The notes: a model not told the origin generated them from the sequence alone. A DNA stretch of 64,000 bases from Deltaproteobacteria bacterium (GCA_023265625.1 JAHFST010000004.1:129709-193708), one strand, 5' to 3'. Positions 48,556-59,700 are shown, numbered from the stretch's first letter. Numbers and translations are program-made.

Positions 48556-49672
48556 AAAAATCCTCAGCGCGGCTTGGTTGTTTTTAATCCCTGGGTCCGT
48601 GCAGGCGGCCGAGGTGATCGGTGAAGTGGTCTTTGTCAAGGGGGATGCCTCTGTCTTACGGTTGGACACCCCCAAGTCGAATCCGTTGGCATTTGGCGAG
48701 GCTATCTATCCAATGGATACCCTGCAAACCGGGACAGGGGAACTCAAGATCCTGTTTCACGACAAGACGATGCTCAGTTTGGGGGCGTCTTCCAAGGTGT
48801 TGCTCACGGAATATGTCTATAATCCAAAAAAGTCAGAGCGTCGTTCGATCTTGGATATCCTGAAGGGCACGGTGCGAACCATTGTGGATCAACCAACCGC
48901 CGCCCTGAAAATCAACGACGTTCGATTGCAAACACCCACAGCCGTTGCCGGCATTCGAGGCACCGATGTGGGAATTCACGTCGCCGCCAATGGCGCCAGC
49001 TCGCAGATCAGTTGTTTTTCAGGACTCATTGAAACTTACCTCAAAAGCAATCCGGAGCAGAGGCTCATGGTGCAGGCTGGTAATTCTATCGATATCCGTG
49101 GTGCCACGCTCCCACCCAGCCCAACAGCCATTCCAGAAAGTGTGACAAAACAATTTTCCAGTCAGGTGCAGGGACCGCCGCTTCGTGATGTCCTCAATCA
49201 GTCAGGGGGCGGATTCCGTGAATCGGAGAGGCAAACACCGCCACCACCCCCTCCGCCGCCGCCACCCAATCAACGATCGTCATCACAGTCCCCTCCTCCT
49301 CCACCTCAGCGACTCGAAGCTCGCGATCCAGAGCCGGATTCACCGCCACCTCCTCAAGAAGGACAAGAAGGACCGGATACATTTGATCCTCAGTCTAATC
49401 CGGAATCAGGCCCACCACCTCCACCCCCGCCACCTCCTATTGTGCCAGGTGGGGAAGATAGTACCCCAAACGAACTGGGGCCAGATTCTGGTGATACAAC
49501 TTCGGATGGTGGCACCACGACAGGAGGAACAACCTCCAGCCCAATCGATGTCCCGATTAGCTTTCCCTCCCCCCCTGAAACTATCAGCGGAGGAACAACC
49601 GGTGGAGGAACATCCTCCACACCACCCGTCATCAACGTCCCTGTCAGTTTTCCTGGAGGAACCAACACATGA
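48512..49672 (+). CDS. FecR-domain protein with proline-rich C-terminal region
   Basis: D.LQTG, F.D.T.L.LG.SS, TPTAVAGIRGT FecR motifs; poly-Pro tracts; start uncertain (48512 or TTG 48539). Confidence 0.8.
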   Translation: MDAISRGLLLRHLSKKILSAAWLFLIPGSVQAAEVIGEVVFVKGDASVLRLDTPKSNPLAFGEAIYPMDTLQTGTGELKILFHDKTMLSLGASSKVLLTEYVYNPKKSERRSILDILKGTVRTIVDQPTAALKINDVRLQTPTAVAGIRGTDVGIHVAANGASSQISCFSGLIETYLKSNPEQRLMVQAGNSIDIRGATLPPSPTAIPESVTKQFSSQVQGPPLRDVLNQSGGGFRESERQTPPPPPPPPPPNQRSSSQSPPPPPQRLEARDPEPDSPPPPQEGQEGPDTFDPQSNPESGPPPPPPPPPIVPGGEDSTPNELGPDSGDTTSDGGTTTGGTTSSPIDVPISFPSPPETISGGTTGGGTSSTPPVINVPVSFPGGTNT

Positions 49673-50679
49673 AGATTATGAATAAAACGATCAATCTGAC
49701 TGGCCTTGCCTGTCTCATGCTTTTTTGGCTTGGATGCCAAGCTGCCGAACAAACCTCTTTGCCAAGGGAGCAAGTTATCACCCCCATTAGGATCGAGTTT
49801 GGTGCCTTAACCACCAACGTTCCAAGCAATGTGACTAAGATCAATTTAACGGTGACCGGTGGAACCGATTTTACGCCGATTTCAGACACAATCAGCATTT
49901 CTAGTTCACAGCAGGCCTCTTTCTCTAAAAGCATCCAAGTCGGCAGCCAAAGAGTCTTCACGGTGATCGCCAATGATTCAACGGACCCAAAGATTGGCTA
50001 CAAGGGAGTGTCCACGTTGGACATAGACTCGTCTTCCAGCTCAGTCCCGGTGTCTCTCCAGTACGTAAATTTTGCCCACGATTCCACCGGTGATGTGGGC
50101 GGCAGCGGCTTGGATATTATTGGCGTCAGCTTGAGCACGTCTGACAATGGAACCGCCACCGTTACTTCAGATGATATCTACCTTATCGCATTAACCATGG
50201 CGCAACCCATTCAGCCGGGGAGTTTCGTCGCCTTCATTGAATTTGATACCGATGAAGACCCTGATACGGGCAGGACTCAAACCAAAATTGACGCCCTGAG
50301 CGGCAGTGTAACCACCGGATTCAATTCTGGTTCGGAGTTTTATATGGTTTTACAAGATTTTGGGTCAGTATCATCTGCTTATAGTGTCAGTCTCTTTGAT
50401 AGGAACGATAACTCGGTGGACGTACCACAAACCGCCAACCTGGCTGCGGTCGCGAATGGTCCGAATATCATCCATTTGGCTATCAACTCCAGCGCCTTTG
50501 CCTCATTGATTGATGCCGACCAAGTCGGGGGGCTCAATGTGTTGGTTGGGGCGAAGAGCCCGCAGACGAGTCTGCTCCCTCCCAACTTTACCGCCTTCAC
50601 GCCAAGCGATGTGATGTTGGATCTGGATACCATTAGCACAATTCATTATGATCCAAGTTTTGATACGTCCGGTCTCTAA
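49669..50679 (+). CDS. Hypothetical Ser/Thr-rich beta-rich lipoprotein
   Basis: Lipobox WLGC; IEFDTDEDPDTG motif; start overlaps the FecR stop (ATGA). Confidence 0.7.
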   Translation: MKIMNKTINLTGLACLMLFWLGCQAAEQTSLPREQVITPIRIEFGALTTNVPSNVTKINLTVTGGTDFTPISDTISISSSQQASFSKSIQVGSQRVFTVIANDSTDPKIGYKGVSTLDIDSSSSSVPVSLQYVNFAHDSTGDVGGSGLDIIGVSLSTSDNGTATVTSDDIYLIALTMAQPIQPGSFVAFIEFDTDEDPDTGRTQTKIDALSGSVTTGFNSGSEFYMVLQDFGSVSSAYSVSLFDRNDNSVDVPQTANLAAVANGPNIIHLAINSSAFASLIDADQVGGLNVLVGAKSPQTSLLPPNFTAFTPSDVMLDLDTISTIHYDPSFDTSGL

Positions 50680-50700
50680 ACGTGTTATACTCTAGACCCT

Positions 50701-51564
50701 ATGAAAATACGCTTCTGGGGGGTTCGCGGTTCTATCGCTTCGCCGGGTTCAGACACCGCCCACTTCGGTGGTAACACCTCCTGCGTTCAAGTCATTGACC
50801 AGGGAGCGATGCTGGTCCTGGATGCGGGCACTGGGGCTCGTGGTCTCGGGGATTATTTAATCACTTCCAAGGCTCATTCTCTCAAAGATGTCCATGTCCT
50901 CTTGTCTCATTTTCATACCGATCATATCTGCGGGCTGCCATTTTTTGCCCCGCTCTATCAGGCAAAGGTCAATCTTCATCTCTACGGCCCCAAAGGATTT
51001 CGACGGCAACCCAGTGCCATTTTGGCCTCATTTTTTGCCGAGGAATTTTTCCCGATCGCCGTCACAAAACTCCCGGCCCAACTGGATTTTCATCCCCTGG
51101 GAAACGAGACGTTTGAGATCAACCCGTTTCAAATCACTTCGTTTTATGTCAACCATCCCGGCAGTGCCCTAGGGTACGTCATCCAGAGCAAACAATGCCG
51201 CATCGCCTATCTCAGCGACCATGAACCGATGAAGCAATACCAACACATCAAACAATCAACTCTCTTACATTATGAAAAGCTCCTTTTGGAGCACCTGGGG
51301 GGCGTCGATCTGCTCATCCACGATGCCCATTTTACCGATGCGGAGTATCCCAACTATCGCGGTTGGGGGCACTCCCCCTGGAGCGAAGCCGTTGCCCTGG
51401 CCGTCTCCTGCCGTGTCAAACACCTCGTGCTGTTTCACCACGCCCCCACCCACAGTGATGCGATGCTCAAGAAAAACCTACGCCAACTTCAGGCCCAGTT
51501 AAAAAAGAAAAAATCCCCCCTCAAGGTCTCGCTGGCCCGTGAGGGGACAACCATCACCTTGTGA
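50701..51564 (+). CDS. MBL-fold metallohydrolase (putative cyclic-nucleotide phosphodiesterase)
   Basis: FWGVRGS, GGNTSC, SHFHTDHICG, HDAH, GWGHS, LFHHAP. Confidence 0.88.
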   Translation: MKIRFWGVRGSIASPGSDTAHFGGNTSCVQVIDQGAMLVLDAGTGARGLGDYLITSKAHSLKDVHVLLSHFHTDHICGLPFFAPLYQAKVNLHLYGPKGFRRQPSAILASFFAEEFFPIAVTKLPAQLDFHPLGNETFEINPFQITSFYVNHPGSALGYVIQSKQCRIAYLSDHEPMKQYQHIKQSTLLHYEKLLLEHLGGVDLLIHDAHFTDAEYPNYRGWGHSPWSEAVALAVSCRVKHLVLFHHAPTHSDAMLKKNLRQLQAQLKKKKSPLKVSLAREGTTITL

Positions 51565-53471
51565 AGAAATTCCTTCTCGCATTTATTCCCGCCTTCTTCT
51601 TCTGCCTGGTTTTGTTGTTGGATCTTCCCCTCACGCGTTGGTTGGAACTGCGTTCCATTGATTGGCGCTTTGCCTGGCGCGGATCCATCCCCGCCACGGG
51701 CGAGGTGGTCATCGTCGCGATTGATGAAAAAAGTTTAAATGCGGAGGGCCGTTGGCCTTGGCCCAGGAAAAAAATTGGGGAATTGATTGACCAGATCAAT
51801 AGTCACCAACCTAATCTGCTGGAAATGGACATTATCTTCGCGGAACCGGATCAGGACGATCCAAGCCTAGCCGCCGCCTTACACCGCAGTGCCAATACCA
51901 TTTTGGGTTATTTCTTCTTCCAAAGTGAAAAAGAAGTATCGGACGCCGCCATCTCGCCAGAGAAGGTCGAGAGAAGTTTTCAATCCGTCCTCCCCACGGC
52001 CTTCCCAGAAATTACCGGCTTACAAGAAACCCTCCCCAATATGGGGGGATTGATTGCCAATACACCTCAGATAGCCGCCGCCACTTCGTCACAGGGTTAC
52101 TTTAATGCCTTTCCAGATGCGGATGGAACCATCCGACGTTTCCCCGTGATGATCCAGTTTCGTCACAAGATCTTTCCCTCCATGGGATTAGAAACGATGG
52201 TCCATCGAGAGGGAGGATTTTCCCCCATCCCGGTCCAAGACGGCGATGGCATCCTGCAAGGCATGAGCCTGGGGAGTCGATTCATCCCTACGAGTTCACG
52301 CGGCGAGGTTTTGATCAATTACCGGGGCGGGGAAGATCGATTTAACATCTACTCGGCCACCGATATCTTGCATGGCCTGGTCCCCTCCGAAGCCCTGCGA
52401 GGCAAAACTATCCTCGTAGGGGCTACCGCCATCGGCATCTACGACCTCCGCGTCACGCCCATTTCTCCCAACCTGCCCGGGGTGTTGGCTCAAGGTAATT
52501 TGCTGGACAATCTTTATCGTGGTGATTTTTTAGTCCAGAATTTTTCCACCAAACTTATTTCGCTGGGGGCCTTGATCGTCATGTCCCTCGTCCTCTCTTG
52601 GTCACTCTACCGGCTCAGCCTCCTGCTGGGGTTACTCCTCACCGTTGTCATCATTGGGAGCTATGGCCTCATCGTGCAATGGTGCTTTCAACACGGCTGG
52701 GTATTGTTCCTAGTCACCCCGATCCTTGCCGCCGTCACGCTCTACATGATCATCACCATTTACCGGGGCCTGACCGAAGAACGACAAAAGCGCGAACTCC
52801 GCAAGGCGTTTCGTTCGTATTTGCACCCCGACATTGTGGAAGAAATTATCAAAGACCCGACGGCCTTGAAACTCGGGGGGCAGCGCGCCGAGTGCACCAT
52901 CCTCTTTTCGGACGTCCGCAATTTCACCACCATCTCTGAACAGATGGCGCCGGAGACGCTCGTGCAAATGATGAATGAATATTTTGATCCCATCTCGCGG
53001 GAGATCATTGCCGCCGGGGGCTACATCGATAAATTTATCGGGGATGCCGTCATGGCCATCTTTGGCGCCCCCAAGAGCACCCCGGACCACCCCTTCCAGG
53101 CCTGCCAAGCCGCCCTCGCCATGCAGCGCAAGGTGAATGAGCTGGCCCCTCACTTTCGGGAAAAATTCGGCATCCCGGAATTCAAGATCGGCATCGGCCT
53201 CCACACCGGCCCGGTCATCATCGGCAACATGGGCACCAGCGAACGCCTCAACTACACCGTCATGGGCGACTCGGTCAACCAAGCCGCCCGCCTGGAGTCC
53301 TCCACCAAAGGGCTCGGGGTCACGATCCTCATGAGTGAACAAACCCAATCCAAACTACCCCCGGCGATAAAAAGTCGATTCATCGAAGAAATTAGCGTGA
53401 AGGGGAAGGCGGATAAGATCCGGGTCTACGAACTACTCGCCACTAATTCTCTGGATTCCTCGGAAACTTAA
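51561..53471 (+). CDS. CHASE2-domain class III adenylate cyclase
   Basis: AIDEKSL..GRWPWPR, DADGTIR; FSDVRNFT, DKFIGDAVMA, YTVMGDSVNQAARLE. Confidence 0.92.
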   Translation: MKKFLLAFIPAFFFCLVLLLDLPLTRWLELRSIDWRFAWRGSIPATGEVVIVAIDEKSLNAEGRWPWPRKKIGELIDQINSHQPNLLEMDIIFAEPDQDDPSLAAALHRSANTILGYFFFQSEKEVSDAAISPEKVERSFQSVLPTAFPEITGLQETLPNMGGLIANTPQIAAATSSQGYFNAFPDADGTIRRFPVMIQFRHKIFPSMGLETMVHREGGFSPIPVQDGDGILQGMSLGSRFIPTSSRGEVLINYRGGEDRFNIYSATDILHGLVPSEALRGKTILVGATAIGIYDLRVTPISPNLPGVLAQGNLLDNLYRGDFLVQNFSTKLISLGALIVMSLVLSWSLYRLSLLLGLLLTVVIIGSYGLIVQWCFQHGWVLFLVTPILAAVTLYMIITIYRGLTEERQKRELRKAFRSYLHPDIVEEIIKDPTALKLGGQRAECTILFSDVRNFTTISEQMAPETLVQMMNEYFDPISREIIAAGGYIDKFIGDAVMAIFGAPKSTPDHPFQACQAALAMQRKVNELAPHFREKFGIPEFKIGIGLHTGPVIIGNMGTSERLNYTVMGDSVNQAARLESSTKGLGVTILMSEQTQSKLPPAIKSRFIEEISVKGKADKIRVYELLATNSLDSSET

Positions 53472-54918
53472 AGAACGGCAACCGAACATTGTTGATCAAC
53501 AACTGATCCGCCCGGATCGCTTCGGGGGGTTCGTAGCCGACGAGGCCGCCGGCGGTCACGTAGTCATCCTGTTCCACACCGTCACCGGAGACGCCCAGGC
53601 CGCCGACCAAGACCATCTGGCCAGCCACGTCGGGTTTGTAGAGAGGGGAACTGCCGGGGAAGAAGACGATGCCGTTTTGGTTGGCGTTGGCCGGCTGGCG
53701 ACCCTGGGTGCAGGGGTTGGCGTCGTCAAAATTAAAGATGTCGCGAAACGGGCCCGGGCTCGTGCCGTCAATCCCGGAAGGAAAAAAGGGTTGGGAACCG
53801 AACCCGATAGTGCGATTGGTGATCGCGGTTCCCAGCGGAATGCCGGGGATCTGGTCGGCGGCGGCTACCGAGGTGCCACTAAAATAGGTCACATTGCGCG
53901 CCTTGGCCACCGCCACATCGATACTGAAAACCGTGCTATCCACCATGCGGTTAAGCCCCAAGACATTCCCCGCCAAGTCCGTCACGGCGATCACCATCTT
54001 GGCGCGTTGGCTGAGCGGGAGACGAATGGCCGCTCGGGTGAGATTGGCACGGGCGATGGCCTGGTCAATGATGGTTCGCACATCGGTCGCCAATAACTTG
54101 GGGCTGTCCGCTGTCGGGCTGTCGATCGGTGTCACCAAATCCCCATCCGGGGCAATGCCACCCGCAATCGGGACGACATTATAAACGCCATTGTCACTCC
54201 CCGCATTCGAACCGTCGGGTCGTGTCATCTGCTCCACAAACGGCAGTGCCACTCCATCAATAAAAATAACCCCAGGATCTGCCGGAGTGGGTGGAAAGAG
54301 CGCAAGCCCCTGCACCGCCGCAAACTCGGCCCGATCCGTTGAGACACCGGCCACGCCTAAGCCTCCCACCAATCGCCCCCCTTGAAATAAAGGTACCCCA
54401 CCCGGTGTCACGGTAATTCCATTTCCGGGCGAAACCCCATCCAAGGCCGTCGCCGGAGCGATCACCTTCCCGGCCGCAAAAACGGTATTGAACGAACAAC
54501 CGCGATTGGTGTGTTCAATACCAAACAAGGCCCCGGAGGCCGTATTCATAATCCCCGGGGGGAAATGTTCGCGACTAATGGAGTTCACCGTCCGGCTGGA
54601 GAGCGGGGCCTGGTCATTGGAAAAAAAAGCCCCGGTACGTGCCAAAGAAAGGGCCACCTCTTGATCAGCGGCCACGGCCCCTGGTTTGCTATAAACCGCC
54701 AAGGGCGTCCCGGCCCGGTCCACCACCGCAATGGTCTGGGTCGCATCATCCAAGGCCAGAGCCGCGGCTTGCACCACCGACGTCACATCCACCGCCGTCA
54801 GCGGGATGGGCGGCACGGAGATGGTTAAATCAACCGGAATGGCCGCTTTTTCCTGACAGGAAATCCCCGTAAGAAAGATCGCTATTAAGGAGACTAAATG
54901 CTTTTTTTTCCTATGCAT
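53443..54918 (-). CDS. Lipoprotein with tandem GlcG/HbpS-type heme-binding domains
   Basis: Lipobox GISC; IAVVDRAG..ARTG..GGVPLF..VGGLGVAG and IAVTDLAG..AKARN..LVGGLGVSGDG; start at 54918 or 54936. Confidence 0.8.
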   Translation of the reverse strand: MHRKKKHLVSLIAIFLTGISCQEKAAIPVDLTISVPPIPLTAVDVTSVVQAAALALDDATQTIAVVDRAGTPLAVYSKPGAVAADQEVALSLARTGAFFSNDQAPLSSRTVNSISREHFPPGIMNTASGALFGIEHTNRGCSFNTVFAAGKVIAPATALDGVSPGNGITVTPGGVPLFQGGRLVGGLGVAGVSTDRAEFAAVQGLALFPPTPADPGVIFIDGVALPFVEQMTRPDGSNAGSDNGVYNVVPIAGGIAPDGDLVTPIDSPTADSPKLLATDVRTIIDQAIARANLTRAAIRLPLSQRAKMVIAVTDLAGNVLGLNRMVDSTVFSIDVAVAKARNVTYFSGTSVAAADQIPGIPLGTAITNRTIGFGSQPFFPSGIDGTSPGPFRDIFNFDDANPCTQGRQPANANQNGIVFFPGSSPLYKPDVAGQMVLVGGLGVSGDGVEQDDYVTAGGLVGYEPPEAIRADQLLINNVRLPFFKFPRNPEN

Positions 54919-54973
54919 TCGTTGTATGCCCGTCATACCTAAACTCGTTTATTTTCACAATGGATAAGGAAAC

Positions 54974-56674
54974 TTGAGGACAATTTCTTTCGTTCTGTTG
55001 ATACTCCTCCTGACCTGCCAGGTCTGGCCCCACCATGCCTCGGCCCAGGTACTGCATCGCCGTCCCGTCACAAAAATGGTGAAACATCCCGAGACGCTCC
55101 CAAGTGAATCCGGTGATTTTCACCTGGGCTCAGAACCTATCCCGGACCGGTGGCAAATCAAGCCCCCACCCTATTCGGTCAATCAACCGGGTCATCTCTA
55201 CGACCCTTATAATCAAAATATCCTCAAGGGCGATTACCCGATCCTGGGACAAAATACCTTCCTGATCCTGACAGGTACCAGCGAGACCGTCATCGAAGCA
55301 AAAAAACTCCCGATCCCCAGCGGGGCTAGCGCGGCGGGTGCGGGCCGATTTAATTTTTTCGGCAATGGCAACCTCCTCGAGGTCAATCAACGGTTCAAAC
55401 CCACATTCCAACTCTACCACGGCAACACGGCTTTTAAGCCGCGCGATTGGGAGCTCCGCATCACCCCAGTGTTCAATCTCAACGCCTTGAACTCCCGCCA
55501 GCGCGGCGTGGTCAACGTCAATGTGCAAAATGGCACGAGTCGATTCCAATTTGATATCGCCCTACAGGAGGCCTTTGCCGAGTACCATCTCGTCAATGTC
55601 TCTCCTTACTATGATTTCATCTCGATCCGCGGGGGGATCCAACCCTTCACGAGCGATTTTCGTGGGTTCATCTTCAGTGATACCAACCTCGGCGGAAGGA
55701 TCTTTGGCAATTTATCCAACAATCGCTACCAGTGGAATTTGGCCGCCTTTGACATGCTGGAAAAAAGCACCAACAGCGAACTCAACACCTTTGCCCGCCG
55801 CGACCAGGAAGTCTTGATTGCCAATCTATACGCCCAAGATTTTTTTGGGCTGCTCGGTTGGACCAATCAATTCAGCGTCCATTGGAATCATGACCAGGGC
55901 TCCACGCATTATGACATCAACGGTGTCTTGACGCGCCCCGCCCCCATTGGGGCCGCTGTCCCACACAGGATTGATGCGGTCTACTTAGGCTGGACCAGTG
56001 ATGGTAAGATTGGGCGCGTCAACATCAACCACGCCCTCTATTTTGCGTTGGGGGAAGACAACTTGAATCTGATCGCCCAGCGTCGCACCAAAATCAACGG
56101 AACCATGTTTGCGCTAGAACTCTCTTATGATCGTGATTGGTATCGGCTTAAGAGCTCCTTCCTGTATGCCTCCGGCGATTCTAAACCACAAAATGGCACC
56201 GCCACTGGTTTTGATTCCATCCTCGACCTGCAAAAATTTGCCGGGTCGGAAAACAGTTTCTTCAACCACCAAGCCATTCGTTTGCTCGGGGTCAACCTGG
56301 TCCAAAAAAATAGCCTCCTCCCCAGCCTGCGCAGCAGTAAGATCGAAGGACAGTCTAATTTCGTGAACCCGGGGCTTTGGCTCTACAGCGTCGGAAGCGA
56401 TCTGGAATTGCGACCGGATCTGCGGGCGTTTGTAAACGTCAACTATCTCCGGTTTGACAATACCGCCTCTCTGCAATTGCTGCTCAATCAGGGAAATATC
56501 CGAAAAGACATCGGGGTCGATTACAGCCTGGGCTTGCAATACCGTCCGTGGCTGAATAACAATGTGATCGTGAATCTCTCCCAGGCGGTGTTTCAACCAC
56601 TGGGCGGGTTTCGGGATATTTTGACGTCTAATGTTTTGTATTCAACGACGATGAATGTGGTGGTGACGTTTTGA
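54974..56674 (+). CDS. Putative outer-membrane beta-barrel protein
   Basis: Signal peptide, amphipathic strands, C-terminal VVVTF; TTG start with AAGGA SD. Confidence 0.7.
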   Translation: MRTISFVLLILLLTCQVWPHHASAQVLHRRPVTKMVKHPETLPSESGDFHLGSEPIPDRWQIKPPPYSVNQPGHLYDPYNQNILKGDYPILGQNTFLILTGTSETVIEAKKLPIPSGASAAGAGRFNFFGNGNLLEVNQRFKPTFQLYHGNTAFKPRDWELRITPVFNLNALNSRQRGVVNVNVQNGTSRFQFDIALQEAFAEYHLVNVSPYYDFISIRGGIQPFTSDFRGFIFSDTNLGGRIFGNLSNNRYQWNLAAFDMLEKSTNSELNTFARRDQEVLIANLYAQDFFGLLGWTNQFSVHWNHDQGSTHYDINGVLTRPAPIGAAVPHRIDAVYLGWTSDGKIGRVNINHALYFALGEDNLNLIAQRRTKINGTMFALELSYDRDWYRLKSSFLYASGDSKPQNGTATGFDSILDLQKFAGSENSFFNHQAIRLLGVNLVQKNSLLPSLRSSKIEGQSNFVNPGLWLYSVGSDLELRPDLRAFVNVNYLRFDNTASLQLLLNQGNIRKDIGVDYSLGLQYRPWLNNNVIVNLSQAVFQPLGGFRDILTSNVLYSTTMNVVVTF

Positions 56675-56691
56675 TACCAATGGACAAGGAC

Positions 56692-56715
56692 GGGCGCAAT
56701 AAATTGCGCCCCTAC
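56692..56715 (-). repeat. GTAG-type REP
   Basis: Reverse complement reads GTAGGGGCGCAATTTATTGCGCCC; lies between the barrel and cytochrome genes. Confidence 0.75.
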
Positions 56716-56724
56716 AGGAATCCT

Positions 56725-59700
56725 GTGCGACAAAAATTATTGCTGATTACTTCCCTCGTCATCATTGCGGCGCCCCTGTTTTCTCTCGACCGCCGAGACG
56801 ATCCCCTGCTCCGCCAAACCCCCGCGGAGGAAAAAGTTAAGAGCGCCGGTTGCCTCACCTGTCACACCGATATTGAACCCATGCACGCCTCGCCCAACGT
56901 GCGACTCGGCTGTACCGACTGCCATGGCGGCCATGAAAATATTGAGCTGCCCGCCGGGGCGCAAAAAGGCGGCCCGGAGTATGAGCGCGTCAAACAGCAG
57001 GCCCATCCTAAACCCACTTACCCAAAACGTTGGCCCAGTGCCGCCAATCCGGTACGTCCCTACAGCCTGACTTTGAAAGAAAACAAAGAATGGATTCGTT
57101 TTGTCAACCCGGGCGATTTCCGGGTCGTCGACCAAACCTGCGGCCGCTGTCATACCTCGGAGGCGTATCGATCCCCGCGCAGCGTCATGACTCATGTGGC
57201 CCCCTTCTGGGGGGCGGCCGCCTACAACAATGGGATCGTGGCCCCGAAACTGCCGTTCTTAGGAGAAAGCTATTCTCCCGAGGGCATTGCCCGCAAGCTT
57301 ACGACGGTGCCGCCACCTTCTGCGGCTGAGACGAAGCGAGGGATCATTCCCGTGACGGTTCCCCTGCCCCGCTGGAATATCACCCAACCGGGGGATATTG
57401 CCATTCGCTCTTTTGAGCGGGGTGGGCGTGTCAGCCGAATTGATCCCAGTGAGATCGGCAATCCAAACCTGTCTGAATTAGACGATCCGGGGCGCCCCGA
57501 TATGAAGCTCTCCGACCGAGGGCTCGGGACCCAATTGTTGATCAGTTCGCCGGTGTTGAATATTCACAAGACACGGCTCAACGACCCTCACCTGTCGCTC
57601 TTCGGCACCAATGACCATGCGGGTGATTACCGCTCGAGCGGGTGTACGGCCTGTCATGTGATTTACGGCAACGACCGCGATCCGGAACACTCCGGGCCCT
57701 ACGCCAAGTATGGCCATAACGGGACAAGTTCCAGTAAGGATCCAACGATCCCCAAAAACGAATCAGGGCATCCCATCCAGCACCGTCTCACCAACGCGAT
57801 CCCGACCAGTCAATGCATGGTCTGCCACATGCATCAGCCCAATGCCTTCGTGAATACCTACCTGGGCTATCAGATGTGGGATTATGAATCCGACGGGGAA
57901 TTTTTCTACCCGAAAAAACAACAACAACTCACCCCAAAGGAACGGACTGAAGCCTTGGAGTCAAACCCGGAAGGGGCCGTGATTCGTGGCCTCTGGAACG
58001 ATCCAAAATTTTTAAACCACGTCTCGGAACTCAATCCAAAATTAAAGACCACGCAATTTGCCGACTACCACGGCCATGGTTGGAATTTCCGCGCGGTCTT
58101 CAACAAGGATCGACGCGGTAACCTCTTGGATGCCAGCGGCCACAAGGTCTCCGACACCGATCCGGCCAAATTTAAAAAAGCGGTGCACCTCAAAGACATC
58201 CATCTCGAAAAGGGCATGCACTGCGTGGATTGCCACTTTAACCAAGACGCCCATGGGGACGGCAAGCTCTACGGGGCCTATGCCGATGCCGTGGCCATTT
58301 CCTGCGTGGATTGCCATGGCACCTTTCGGGAACGCGCCAAGATAGAGGCCACCGGCCCTGCCGGTCAGGGGTCCTTGGCCGACACCGTCACTACGTTTGG
58401 CAAGCGACGCTTTGTCTGGCGCGGCGGTGAACTCATCCAGCGTTCCTCGCTGTATGCGGACAAGGAATGGGCCGTGCCACAGGTGGTAGATTCCATCACG
58501 CCCGGTTCGACACACTTTAATCCCAAGGCGTACCGCGCCAAGACCATTGTGGCCTCAGACGGTCATCAGGTCGCACACGACTACGATAAGATGACTTGCT
58601 ATACCTGCCACACCAGCTTTGTGACCAACTGCTTTGGTTGCCACCTGCCGCAAAAGGCCAACGAGAAGCGCGAGATGAAACATTTTGAAGGAGAGACCTC
58701 GCGTAACTGGACCTCCTACAACCCTCAGGTCCTCCGTGATGAAGGCTATATGCTCGGGAAATGGGGACCCAGCAAGGGTGGGAAGATAGCCCCCGTGCGT
58801 TCCTCAAGCGCGCTGCTCATCAGCTCGATGAACGCCAATCGGGAACAGATCTATTTTGAACAGGCCCCAATCTCAACGCCTGGATATTCTTCCCAGGCCT
58901 TCAATCCGCATTATCCCCATGCCGTGCGCAAGACTGAGACGAAGACGTGCACCGATTGCCACATCTCGGATAAGAATGACAACAACGCCTGGATGTCCCA
59001 ACTCCTGCTATTCGGCACCAACATGGTCAATTTCATGGGACGCTACGCCTATGTTGGATTGGCGGGTGAAGGCTATGAAGCCGTCAAGGTCATCGAGACC
59101 GAGGAACCGCAGGCCGTCATCGGGAGTTATCTCCAGTCCCTGGCCTACCCGGCCGATTATCAAAAACATCTTGAGAAAAAATCCATCTTACAGACCGGTT
59201 ACCATCATCACGGCGACACCATTAACTGCCTACAACTCCGCGGGGAATACCTCTATGCGGCGAATGGCCAGGATGGTTTGCGGGTTTACGATGTGGCGAA
59301 TGTCGACAACAAAGGTTTTTCCGAACGTACCGTCACCTCCCCGGTTTCACCACTCGGCCAGCAAACCCATGTGGCAAGTAAAGAGGCCACCTGTGTCGCC
59401 CTGCCAACCAACATGCCGATCGATCCCACCCGCAAGGTCGCCGCGGAAAATCAGGAACAAGCCTGGCATCCCCTCTACCACTATGCCTACGTCTCCGATC
59501 GGGAAGAGGGTCTCATTGTGGTGAATGTGGATACCTTGGCCGATGGCAACCCACGAAACAATTTCCTCAAACGGGCCCTGACCTACAATCCCGATAACTT
59601 ATTCCATGGGGCGCGTTATCTCACCGTCGCCGGAGATTATCTCTATCTCATCGCTGATTCCGGCTTGAGCATCCTCAGTATCGATAATCCGTTGCAACCT

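Noticed and set aside
49230..49660. CCA/CCT-rich repeats as a CRISPR or tandem DNA repeat
   Set aside because: They are poly-Pro and Gly/Thr codons with no repeat-spacer periodicity; no cas genes in the window
52416..52430. GTAGGGGCTACC inside cyclase 2 as another REP
   Set aside because: No following hairpin; it encodes the ordinary CHASE2 LVGATA motif
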